A stretch of 32,000 bases of DNA from Candidatus Nitrosopumilus koreensis AR1 (GTDB lineage Archaea > Thermoproteota > Nitrososphaeria > Nitrososphaerales > Nitrosopumilaceae), in the NCBI RefSeq assembly GCF_000299365.1, contig NC_018655.1, forward strand, positions 1,560,001-1,592,000, given 5' to 3'. The position numbers and the translations under genes were made by a program. Under the pieces are notes generated by a model. It was given only the letters and a program-made list of their open reading frames with translations. It was not told the origin of the DNA and did not search any database. Shown in pieces: positions 6,985-15,641 of the stretch; the stretch's first letter is position 1; each line of letters opens with the position of its first letter.

Positions 6985-8286
6985 ATGTCTGAACTAAAGC
7001 GACACATGGGACTTTTTCATCTCATCATGTATGGTGTTGGATTAATTCTTGGTGCAGGAATTTATGTATTAATTGGTGAAGCTGCAGGATTTGCTGGAAA
7101 TTCAATGTGGATTTCTTTTTTGTTAGGTGCAATAGTTGCAATTTTTGCAGGGTTAAGTTATGCAGAGTTATCTGCACTATATCCAAAAGCTGCTGCAGAA
7201 TACACATTTGTAAAAAATGCATTCAAGAATAATTTCTTTGGTTTTATTATAGGATGGTTAACAGCAATTACATCGATTATAGTTGCTGCAACTGTTTCAT
7301 TAGGATTTGGAGGTTATCTTACTCAGTTTGTTGATTTACCAATTACGATTGGAGCAATATTTTTGATTATAGTTTTATCGATTGTAAATTTTATTGGGAT
7401 AAAAGAATCTGCATGGGCAAATACTATTTTCGCATTAATCACTGCAGCAGGCTTAATTCTAATTATTGTTATTGGTTTTAGTGCAGAACCAGTTGAACCA
7501 ATAGACTATTTAGAAGCACCAAATGGAATTACTGGGATAATTCTAGCATTTGTTTTGATTTTCTTTGCATTTATCGGATTTGAGGATATGGCAAATGTTG
7601 CTGAAGAAGTTAGAAGACCTCACAAAACAATTCCAAGAGCAATAATAATATCAATAGTCATCACGGGTATAATTTACGTTCTAGTTTCATTATCAGCAGT
7701 AAGAATTCTAAATTGGGAAGAATTGGCATTATCCTCTGCGCCATTGGCAGATGTAGCACATTCAGTTTTGGGTACAAATGGCAGTATTACCTTGTCATTA
7801 ATTGCGCTATTTGCAACTGCAAGTACTGTTCTGATAACATTGGTTGCTGGTGCAAGAATTCTGTATGGAATGGCAAAAAGCAATTCATTGCCTCAATTTT
7901 TAGCCAGAGTTCATCCTAAGACAAATACACCATGGATTGCAGTTGTTGGAATTTTGATAGCATCAATTGGATTTGCCTTTGTTGGAGACATTGTAATTAT
8001 AGCAAATATTGTAGTTTTTGCAGTAGTTATCACATTTGCAGCAATTAATTTGGCAGTAATTGTCTTGCGATATACAGAACCAGTATTGGAAAGACCATTT
8101 AGAGTCCCAGTCAATATTGGAAAATTTCCAATTTTACCATTGTTTGGATTCGGAACAACTATCTATATGGCATTACAATTTGATATTCAAGTTGTTTTTG
8201 TAGGGCTAGGCATTATGGGAATTGGAGTAGTTTTGTATTTGGTTTTAAAAAGAAGAAATTATTTTGTAGAGTCTAATTCTTTTTAG
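6985..8286 (+). CDS. APC-superfamily amino acid/polyamine permease
   Basis: About 12 predicted TM segments. N-terminal GAGIYVLIGEAAG and FIGFEDMANVAEEV motifs are typical of APC transporters. Confidence 0.8.
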   Translation: MSELKRHMGLFHLIMYGVGLILGAGIYVLIGEAAGFAGNSMWISFLLGAIVAIFAGLSYAELSALYPKAAAEYTFVKNAFKNNFFGFIIGWLTAITSIIVAATVSLGFGGYLTQFVDLPITIGAIFLIIVLSIVNFIGIKESAWANTIFALITAAGLILIIVIGFSAEPVEPIDYLEAPNGITGIILAFVLIFFAFIGFEDMANVAEEVRRPHKTIPRAIIISIVITGIIYVLVSLSAVRILNWEELALSSAPLADVAHSVLGTNGSITLSLIALFATASTVLITLVAGARILYGMAKSNSLPQFLARVHPKTNTPWIAVVGILIASIGFAFVGDIVIIANIVVFAVVITFAAINLAVIVLRYTEPVLERPFRVPVNIGKFPILPLFGFGTTIYMALQFDIQVVFVGLGIMGIGVVLYLVLKRRNYFVESNSF

Positions 8287-8929
8287 ATTTTGTAAGTGCA
8301 ACAACTGCAATTGCTATACCTATTAGTCCAACAGCTGTTCCTGCATAGCCCATATCCATTTGTTGTTTAGTCTCTTCTAAATCATTTACAGATTCTTTTA
8401 GTTCACCAATATCCTCAATTAATGCAGTATGTCCATCAATCATTTGTTGTATTGTAATATCAGATGGTTCAGGAAATTCAATGTATGCTCGTTCTTCAAC
8501 TTTGGGAGGATGCATTGATAAACTAATTGGAGTATCTGTTATAGTTCCCAACACATTAGCCTGATAAAATCCAGATACAGTAGGATTAACAAATGCATAA
8601 TATTTTCCAGGAATGTCATGGTCTGGTGAAAGTGGAAGCATTATGTTTTCATCTTTGAAAATTAATTGTATTTTTACTGTTTTTTTTAAACCTTCAATTC
8701 CGTTTTGAAATTCTTGAGATTCTGCACATTTTATGGGTTTTGAAATTTCAGGACATGGAATTAATGGACTAACATAGAATTCAATCGCATTTGTTTCTCC
8801 TGAAACAACTGGTTCATTCATCCATCCAATTTCTACTCTATATTCACCAACAGCATCTATAGTATGTCCATATACGATTCCAATTGAGCTTGGAATCAAC
8901 AATAAAAGAAATAAAATTTCAAGTTTCAT
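8273..8929 (-). CDS. secreted, C-terminally membrane-anchored protein of unknown function (mature N-terminus predicted to be His)
   Basis: Start moved to the internal ATG at 8929, which gives the signal peptide [27 protein letters not shown]-terminal TM AVGLIGIAIAVVALT followed by KSKKN. A TATA-like ACATTTTTAAAATC lies upstream. Confidence 0.55.
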   Translation of the reverse strand: MKLEILFLLLLIPSSIGIVYGHTIDAVGEYRVEIGWMNEPVVSGETNAIEFYVSPLIPCPEISKPIKCAESQEFQNGIEGLKKTVKIQLIFKDENIMLPLSPDHDIPGKYYAFVNPTVSGFYQANVLGTITDTPISLSMHPPKVEERAYIEFPEPSDITIQQMIDGHTALIEDIGELKESVNDLEETKQQMDMGYAGTAVGLIGIAIAVVALTKSKKN

Positions 8930-9001
8930 GCTAAAAAAACTAGATTTGATTTTAAAAATGTTATATTGTTTGAAATTAGTTATACTATGAATTTGTACCA
9001 A

Positions 9002-10447
9002 TTATGCATCAGCATACATTGAAACTTCCCATGCTGTTGGGGTTTGAGCAAACGCAACATATTCTTTGTATTTTAATTCAGAATACACATCAAGAAAGTC
9101 TTTTGTGAACACTTCTTCAAGGAATTTTGAATCAGAGGATAAGGAATCAAGGGCACCTTTTAGCGATACAGGTAATGAACCAATTTTATATTCCCTTTTC
9201 TTTTCTGAAGAAAGTTTGTAAATATTTTCTTCAATTGGATCTCCAGGATCAATTTTATTTTTAATTCCGTCTAAACCCGCAAGTAATAATGCAGCTTCTA
9301 AGAGATAGATGTTTGCAGTAGGATCAGGGACTCTATATTCAATCCTCTTGCTTTTTTCTTGATTTCTATTATACATTGGAACTCTTATTGCAGCTGATCT
9401 GTTTCCCAATCCCCAGCAAACATTGACTGGTGCCTCAAATCCAGGAACCAAACGTTTGTAAGAATTTGTTGTAGGATTTGAAATTGCACATAACGCTGAG
9501 GCATGGCTCAAAATTCCTCCAATGTAATATCGTCCAGTCTGACTCATTTGTGCTTGTTCATCATCTTTATCATACATTACATTTGATTTATCATTCCATA
9601 AACTTTGGTGAGTATGCATTGCTGAAGCATTATCACCAAAAATTGGTTTTGGCATAAATGTTGCAACTTTGTTTTTTCGTTTAGCTTTGACTTTAACTAA
9701 ATTTTTCACTCCAATTACATGATCAGCCATCTGGATCATTTCATCATATTCAAGATTAATTTCACATTGACCAGAAGTTGCAACTTCATGATGTTCTGCT
9801 TCTATTCTAATTCCAAAGAAATTATACAAGTCATCACATACATCCTTTCTAAACCCCTCAAGAGTATCCTTAGGTTGAGATGGATAATATCCTTCTTTCA
9901 GATTAATTGCAGTACTAACATTTCCTTTAGCCCAAGGTGATTCTTTAGATTCAATAGAGTAACCTGAACCACCATATGATTGAGTTGCAGCGTATGGAGA
10001 TGGATAAACATTGATAGTGTCAAAAACAAAAAATTCTATTTCAGGTCCCCAATTTGTATGAGTGAATCCGAATTCTTTGAGTTTCTTTGTTGCTTTATGT
10101 GCAATTCCTCTTGAATCTCTGTTGTATCTTGAACTTTCATCAGTACTCCCATCATACAAATCACAGAAAATTCGAGCATTTCTCCTATTACCAGGATCAT
10201 AATCAGGTGGAAGAATTTTAAATGAAGTTGGATCTGGCATTAAAATCATATCAGAATGATTTACAGCTTTGAATCCAACAATTGAGCTTGCATCCAATTT
10301 TTCAAGACCATTTACAAAACTATTTTCATCAATTGCATAGCTTGGCATACCAACGTTATGCAATTCACCAAAAATATCTACAAACCAAAAATCGAGAAAT
10401 GATATTTTTTCAGCTTTTATGGTTTGGAGCACTTGTTCTGCGTTCAA
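9002..10447 (-). CDS. glnA: glutamine synthetase type I, paralog 1
   Basis: NWGPEIEFFVFD, HHEVATSGQCEINLEY, KPIFGDNASAMHTHQSLW, NSYKRLVPGFEAP, GNRSAAIRVP, RIEYRVPDP. The only possible start upstream of the conserved N-terminal domain is TTG 10447. Confidence 0.9.
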   Translation of the reverse strand: MNAEQVLQTIKAEKISFLDFWFVDIFGELHNVGMPSYAIDENSFVNGLEKLDASSIVGFKAVNHSDMILMPDPTSFKILPPDYDPGNRRNARIFCDLYDGSTDESSRYNRDSRGIAHKATKKLKEFGFTHTNWGPEIEFFVFDTINVYPSPYAATQSYGGSGYSIESKESPWAKGNVSTAINLKEGYYPSQPKDTLEGFRKDVCDDLYNFFGIRIEAEHHEVATSGQCEINLEYDEMIQMADHVIGVKNLVKVKAKRKNKVATFMPKPIFGDNASAMHTHQSLWNDKSNVMYDKDDEQAQMSQTGRYYIGGILSHASALCAISNPTTNSYKRLVPGFEAPVNVCWGLGNRSAAIRVPMYNRNQEKSKRIEYRVPDPTANIYLLEAALLLAGLDGIKNKIDPGDPIEENIYKLSSEKKREYKIGSLPVSLKGALDSLSSDSKFLEEVFTKDFLDVYSELKYKEYVAFAQTPTAWEVSMYADA

Positions 10448-10526
10448 TTGATAATTTTAGAAAATCAATTTACTAATGTTATCATGTAAGATAGATTTGT
10501 CAAGATGGTCAGGTAAATTATGAAAA

Positions 10527-11873
10527 TTAACTGCTTTTTGATGCCTTAATTGCATTTAATTCGTCTTCAAAGAAGAATTTATCACCAAATGCAGGCTTTA
10601 AATCATCTAACCAAATCGCATTTTCATCATATTTTGCAAAAAATGGTTTTTTGACCCAATCTGGGTTTCGTCCCTGCAAAAATCTCAAAACCAGTAATTT
10701 CTGGCCGTTAAATTCTGTAGTTCCAACGACCTGAACTTTTCCAGGAGTTGCTGACATACTAGGTCCGCGTACAGTTCTTGCCAACCCACTAACAGTAGAA
10801 TATGCTTGGCCAAAGGTTTGATATGCTTTAACCAAAGGAACTCCAAAATAATGCTGAGCGCCTGTATCTCTTACAACAAACATGTAATATGGAATACATC
10901 CAAGTTGGACCTGTTTTGTCCACATTTTTGACCACATTTCTGCATCATCATTGATATGAGCTAAAAGTGGCGATTGAGTTCTAATTTGAGCGCCTGTTTG
11001 CCTTACTTCTTTGATTGCAGACTTTACGGCATCAGTTGATAGCTCGTTTAGATGGTTAAAGTGAGCCATAAATGCAAGATGTAATCCATTATCAGTGATC
11101 TTTCTAAAAACATCCAACATTTCTTGTGAATCTGAATCAGTCAAAAACTTGTATGGCCAATAAGAAAGTGCTTTTGTTCCAATTCTAATTGTTTTAAGAT
11201 TAGGCAGTTTCGCTTCAATTAAAGCATCAACATATTTGGAGAACATTTTTGCTTTCATTATCATTGGATCACCACCGGTAAAGAGAACATCTGAAATTTC
11301 AGGATGTTCTGAAACATATTGAACAAGTTGTTCTCCTTCTTGCATTGCAAATTTCATTTCATCCATACCAACAAATTGAGGCCATCTAAAACAAAAACTA
11401 CAATATGCATGACAAGTCTGACTTTGACTTGGAAAAAACAGACAAGTTTCCTTGTATTTGTGTTGCATGCCATACAATTTTGTTCCATCATTCAAAGTTG
11501 GGACATTTAGCTCCATTTGTCCTGCTGGATGAGGATTAAGTTGTAAACGAATTTCATTTGCAACATTTGCTATCTCTTTTTTATCAGAAGTATTTTTTAG
11601 AGTATTTTCCATTTTTGAGTAATGTTCAGGCTTTAGCATTCCTTTTTGAGGAAATGTCAAAACATACATCGGATCGGTTGGTATGTTATCCCAATTGATC
11701 AATTGTTCAACCACATAGTTATTTGCCTTAAATGGCAAAACATTTCCTACAACTTCCATCTCAAACTGTTTTTCTTCAGAAAGATTCTGAATTTGTGGAA
11801 GATCACGAAAATTTGATAATGTGTATGATTTGAGTGAAGGAGAATCATCCCAAACTGATTCTTGATAGGTCAC
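10527..11873 (-). CDS. KamA-family radical-SAM/PLP amino acid 2,3-aminomutase, probably not lysine-specific
   Basis: C154-x3-C158-x2-C161 (CHAYCSFC), LFTGGDPM, PYYMFVVRD, and the putative PLP lysine in ATPGK379. GTG start directly after an in-frame stop. Confidence 0.8.
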   Translation of the reverse strand: MTYQESVWDDSPSLKSYTLSNFRDLPQIQNLSEEKQFEMEVVGNVLPFKANNYVVEQLINWDNIPTDPMYVLTFPQKGMLKPEHYSKMENTLKNTSDKKEIANVANEIRLQLNPHPAGQMELNVPTLNDGTKLYGMQHKYKETCLFFPSQSQTCHAYCSFCFRWPQFVGMDEMKFAMQEGEQLVQYVSEHPEISDVLFTGGDPMIMKAKMFSKYVDALIEAKLPNLKTIRIGTKALSYWPYKFLTDSDSQEMLDVFRKITDNGLHLAFMAHFNHLNELSTDAVKSAIKEVRQTGAQIRTQSPLLAHINDDAEMWSKMWTKQVQLGCIPYYMFVVRDTGAQHYFGVPLVKAYQTFGQAYSTVSGLARTVRGPSMSATPGKVQVVGTTEFNGQKLLVLRFLQGRNPDWVKKPFFAKYDENAIWLDDLKPAFGDKFFFEDELNAIKASKSS

Positions 11874-12031
11874 TTAGTAATTAGCACGCTAACCCTTGTT
11901 AAAGGTTACAAATTTTTTACGCATAAAACTGTTCAAATTTAATAAAAAATTAGCAAAAATTTTAAAAAATATGAGAATATTCCTTAACATTTTATTCTAG
12001 ACTATGAATGTGATTAGAATAGGGAATCATT

Positions 12032-13771
12032 TTGGCAGAAGAAGACATTTCACAAATTTCAGTAGGAGAATTTGAGACTGTTTCACAGCTTCTAGCATCT
12101 TCAGAATCACTCCAGTTGGCATTTATCATCATGATAGTTGGAATTATTGGAATTGCCATAGGATATAGAAAATTTTCATCTTGGGTAAGTTCACAAAAAT
12201 TCTATTATCAGAGACCACATGTCTCAAGATTTCTTAGAAGAGCTGTTTTGCCTTTTTTTGCAATTGCTCTAATTACAACCATTAACATCTATACTCAGAC
12301 AGGTATCTTACTAGAAGAGGATTTTAATGCAGTTAAAGATGGAGAAATGGCTCCTCAAAAAATATTTGCAAAAATTCTCAATACTTTCAACATACTTGTA
12401 ATAGGATATACTGTTTCACATCTTATTCCAATAGCTCTTACTAAACGTGATAAATCAATTTTAGAGAGAGAAGACTTTGATGCTTGGTTTGAAATGCGTG
12501 GGTTTGTTGATGATAATGGTGATCTATTTCACAAGTTGTACAAATGGGTACCTCCAAAAATCACACCTGAAGATATTGAAGAAGATGAATTCAAAGAATT
12601 GTTAAAATCCAAAGAAGGAATGCAAAAATTAGAACAGTTCAGAACAACAAAAGGTAATCCCATTGGAGGATATGAAAAATTAGTGGAAGATCCATTTGAA
12701 GACTGGAAAAAATCAGAACGGGCAAAATATGAAAAATATTTTCAAAATTGTGTTTCAGGAAACAACCAATCCGGAAGAAAATTAACACCAGGTGCAAAAC
12801 CAGAGGAAATTTATCCCATTGATGTTTGGCGAGAAGAAAAACGCACACATGGTTATGAACCAATTATTCCAAGTTCTCGTCCTCCAGGATATGCTGAAAA
12901 GAAAAGAGAGGGAATTCCAAAGTCTGCAAAACAAGTTCTACCGATAGGGATTTTTGCTGCTACCATTTTGGGAGTTATTGCATGGTGGGGAGTAGATTTG
13001 ATAGTTCTTGCTACAGCAACTGGTGGTTTCTCAATTGGTTTAGGTTTAGCATTACAAGAAACGATGCAGAATTATTTTGCATATATCATGATTAGAAAAG
13101 ACAAGATTGTAGTAGAAGGAGACAGAGTACAATTAGAGACAGGGTATAACGGATATGTACACAAAATAACTCCCAGAGTTACATACATTAGAGATGCATT
13201 ACACGAATCAATTGCAATCATTCCAACAAGACAACTTGTTTCAGCACAGATTATCAATTATACAAAAGAAAACAAACTTGTTCCAGCAATAGTCAAAGTT
13301 GGTGTTTCATATCTTAACAACCCTCGTCAGGTTGCATCTATTTTAGTAAAAGTTGGAAAACGAGGTATGAAGGAGATTGTTGATGGTAAAGGAAGACATC
13401 TAGTAAGACAGAACAGATGTCCATATCTAGATGAAAATAAACCAAGTTGTGGTTGTGACAGAGATATTCATGTAGAAGTTGTTCAACCAGTAATTAGATT
13501 TAATGATTTTAATGATTCCTCACTTGACTTTTCAATGTGGCTGTATGTAAGAGATTACGGTGCACAATTCAAAACAAAAACTGATTTGAGGATGATAATG
13601 TATGAAGAGTTTAAGAGATACGACATCAGAATTCCATGGCCAATTAGAACCATCTATCAAGGTGATGAAAAGAAAGAATTTGAAGAAATCAGTAAAGGAG
13701 ATCAGGATAGAAAAAGAGTGCTGGATGAATATGGTACGGGCGATATTGGACGTGGTGGCGGAGAAGACTAA
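12032..13771 (+). CDS. MscS-family mechanosensitive channel with a large charged insertion
   Basis: Pore-helix and beta-domain signature GGFSIGLGLALQETMQNYFAYIMIRKDKIVVEGDRV. N-terminal TM helices, with a ~165-aa Lys/Glu-rich segment between them and the pore helix. Confidence 0.75.
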   Translation: MAEEDISQISVGEFETVSQLLASSESLQLAFIIMIVGIIGIAIGYRKFSSWVSSQKFYYQRPHVSRFLRRAVLPFFAIALITTINIYTQTGILLEEDFNAVKDGEMAPQKIFAKILNTFNILVIGYTVSHLIPIALTKRDKSILEREDFDAWFEMRGFVDDNGDLFHKLYKWVPPKITPEDIEEDEFKELLKSKEGMQKLEQFRTTKGNPIGGYEKLVEDPFEDWKKSERAKYEKYFQNCVSGNNQSGRKLTPGAKPEEIYPIDVWREEKRTHGYEPIIPSSRPPGYAEKKREGIPKSAKQVLPIGIFAATILGVIAWWGVDLIVLATATGGFSIGLGLALQETMQNYFAYIMIRKDKIVVEGDRVQLETGYNGYVHKITPRVTYIRDALHESIAIIPTRQLVSAQIINYTKENKLVPAIVKVGVSYLNNPRQVASILVKVGKRGMKEIVDGKGRHLVRQNRCPYLDENKPSCGCDRDIHVEVVQPVIRFNDFNDSSLDFSMWLYVRDYGAQFKTKTDLRMIMYEEFKRYDIRIPWPIRTIYQGDEKKEFEEISKGDQDRKRVLDEYGTGDIGRGGGED

Positions 13772-13815
13772 TCTCGTTTTCTCAAAACTTAAGAATCCCA
13801 TCAATTCACATTTGC

Positions 13816-14694
13816 TTGTTGACAAAACTATCAGTAATTTGTGGAAAAGCTTCTGAAGATTTGGGTAAGAAATTAGCTAGAAAAGTTAAGGCAAATCTGG
13901 TAAGAGCAGATGTTAGGATTTTTCCTGATGGAGAAAGTAAGATCACATTAGATGGAGAGATATCAAAAAAAAAGTCAATTGTAATACAATCAACATACCC
14001 ACCTGTTGATACGAATCTAATACAGATATTATCCATGATTTCAAAAGCTAAAGAAACATCATCTGAGGTAGTTACTGTAATTCCGTATATGGGATATGCA
14101 AGGCAAGATAGAGAATTTCTACCAGGCGAGATTGTTACAATGAAAGTTTTAGCAAAATTGTTCAAAGGAGCAGGCGCATCAGAAATAATTGCAGTAGACA
14201 TTCACAGTTTAATTGGACTCAAATATTTTACAATAAAATCAAAAAATATTTCAGCAATTCCAGATCTTGTCAAGTTTTTTAAGAAATTGAGCCTGAAAAA
14301 TCCATTAATTGTTTCACCAGATCAAGGTGGAAAAGGAAGGGCAAAAGAGTTTGCAAAAAAAATGGGAATAGAATACATCGCTCTAGAAAAAAACAGAGAC
14401 AGGAAAACAGGCAAAGTAAAGATTAAAACAAAAAAAGTAGATGTTGTTGGAAGAGATCTAATTTTAGTAGACGATATGATAAGCACTGGTGGTAGCATAA
14501 TTAATGCAACAAAATTTCTGAAAAAAGAAAAATGCAACAAAATATTTGTTGCATGCACTCATGCTCTTTTGATGAATAATGCTGAAAAGAAAATTAAAAA
14601 ATCAGGAGTTACAAAAATTGTAAGTACAAATACAATTCCTGGTAAAACATCAATAGTTGATGTATCAGATACAATAGCAAAGGCAATAGTATAA
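13816..14694 (+). CDS. prs: ribose-phosphate pyrophosphokinase
   Basis: FPDGES, YMGYARQDR, AVDIHS, LVDDMISTGGS. TTG start. Confidence 0.9.
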   Translation: MLTKLSVICGKASEDLGKKLARKVKANLVRADVRIFPDGESKITLDGEISKKKSIVIQSTYPPVDTNLIQILSMISKAKETSSEVVTVIPYMGYARQDREFLPGEIVTMKVLAKLFKGAGASEIIAVDIHSLIGLKYFTIKSKNISAIPDLVKFFKKLSLKNPLIVSPDQGGKGRAKEFAKKMGIEYIALEKNRDRKTGKVKIKTKKVDVVGRDLILVDDMISTGGSIINATKFLKKEKCNKIFVACTHALLMNNAEKKIKKSGVTKIVSTNTIPGKTSIVDVSDTIAKAIV

Positions 14695-15641
14695 TGCCAG
14701 AAAGTTTTTTTGTATTATCCAAAGATCAGTTAAAAATTGCAGTGGATGAAATTATTGCTATATCAAAATCTTTTGATAGATTTTCCAAAGTTAAAGTTAT
14801 TTCAAATTTAGTGATTATTCAATCAAAAACTAATTGGTATGAAATTTCAAAACGAGCATCATTTGTTAAAACATCAGGACAAATATTACGAAAAATGTCA
14901 GGATTGTTTCTTGATGAAGAGCATTTTGAAATATTAAAAAATGCAAAAACCTTTGTTTGTAGAATTATTAATCTATCATCAAATCAGTTTAACATACCAG
15001 AATTAGAAAATTCTATGGGTGATATGATATCAAAATTTTCTAATGCAAAAGTTAAGCTTGAAAATCCAGACATTACAGTATACCTAATTTTTACAGATAA
15101 AGAGAATTTTTTTGGATTCTCCAAAAAAATCGAAGATCAAAAAAGGCCAAAAAAAGTAATAACTCAACCACATGAGTTAGATTGGAAATTAACAAGAACA
15201 ATGATTAATCTCATTGGATTAAAAGAAGGAGAAACAGTATGTGATCCTTTTTGTGGTACAGGTACAACACTCTTAGAAGCAGAATCAATGGGAATTCATG
15301 CAATTGGATTAGATTTTGATAAAAAAATGGTAGAAATTACGAAAAAAAATCTCAAAGAAAATGGCTATAAATCAAAAATAATTCATGCAGATTTTCAAGA
15401 GATCAAGAATTTATCTGACAAGTTTGATGGAATTGTTACTGATTTCCCATATGGAAAAACCTCAAAGACATCAGAAAAACCAGAAGAAATCATAAAGAAA
15501 TTTGTTGCCATAATGCCAAAAAGAAAGAAAATGGCCATAATGTACAAAAAAGAATTGGGAGACAATCTAAAACTAAAAGGATCAAAAAAATATCAAATCT
15601 ATAGGCATAAAAGCTTGACAAGGACAATTTTGATAAAATGA
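14694..15641 (+). CDS. THUMP-domain tRNA (guanine-N2) methyltransferase, Trm11/Trm-G10-like
   Basis: N-terminal THUMP-like half. SAM motif [18 protein letters not shown] and catalytic DFPYG. TAATG overlap with prs. Confidence 0.7.
   Translation: MPESFFVLSKDQLKIAVDEIIAISKSFDRFSKVKVISNLVIIQSKTNWYEISKRASFVKTSGQILRKMSGLFLDEEHFEILKNAKTFVCRIINLSSNQFNIPELENSMGDMISKFSNAKVKLENPDITVYLIFTDKENFFGFSKKIEDQKRPKKVITQPHELDWKLTRTMINLIGLKEGETVCDPFCGTGTTLLEAESMGIHAIGLDFDKKMVEITKKNLKENGYKSKIIHADFQEIKNLSDKFDGIVTDFPYGKTSKTSEKPEEIIKKFVAIMPKRKKMAIMYKKELGDNLKLKGSKKYQIYRHKSLTRTILIK

Noticed and set aside
8930-9001. The N-terminal 24-aa extension of ORF 8273-9001 (MVQIHSITNFKQYNIFKIKSSFFS), which would make it abut the glnA stop.
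   Set aside because: The internal ATG 8929 gives a canonical signal peptide, and the extension region contains a TATA-like box at the right distance. The extension is most likely promoter DNA.
10527-11873. Interpretation of the KamA-like gene as ablA of the N-epsilon-acetyl-beta-lysine pathway, or as EF-P lysylation epmB.
   Set aside because: There is no adjacent GNAT (ablB) or epmA/efp gene. The two Asp residues that bind the lysine side chain appear to be replaced by Arg and Ser in my alignment.
11890-11908. An imperfect inverted repeat, TAACCCTT-GTT-AAAGGTTA, in the aminomutase promoter region, considered as a possible operator.
   Set aside because: Only 7 of 8 arm positions pair (5-bp perfect arms). 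It is short and AT-rich, so it is too close to chance expectation to call without comparative data.
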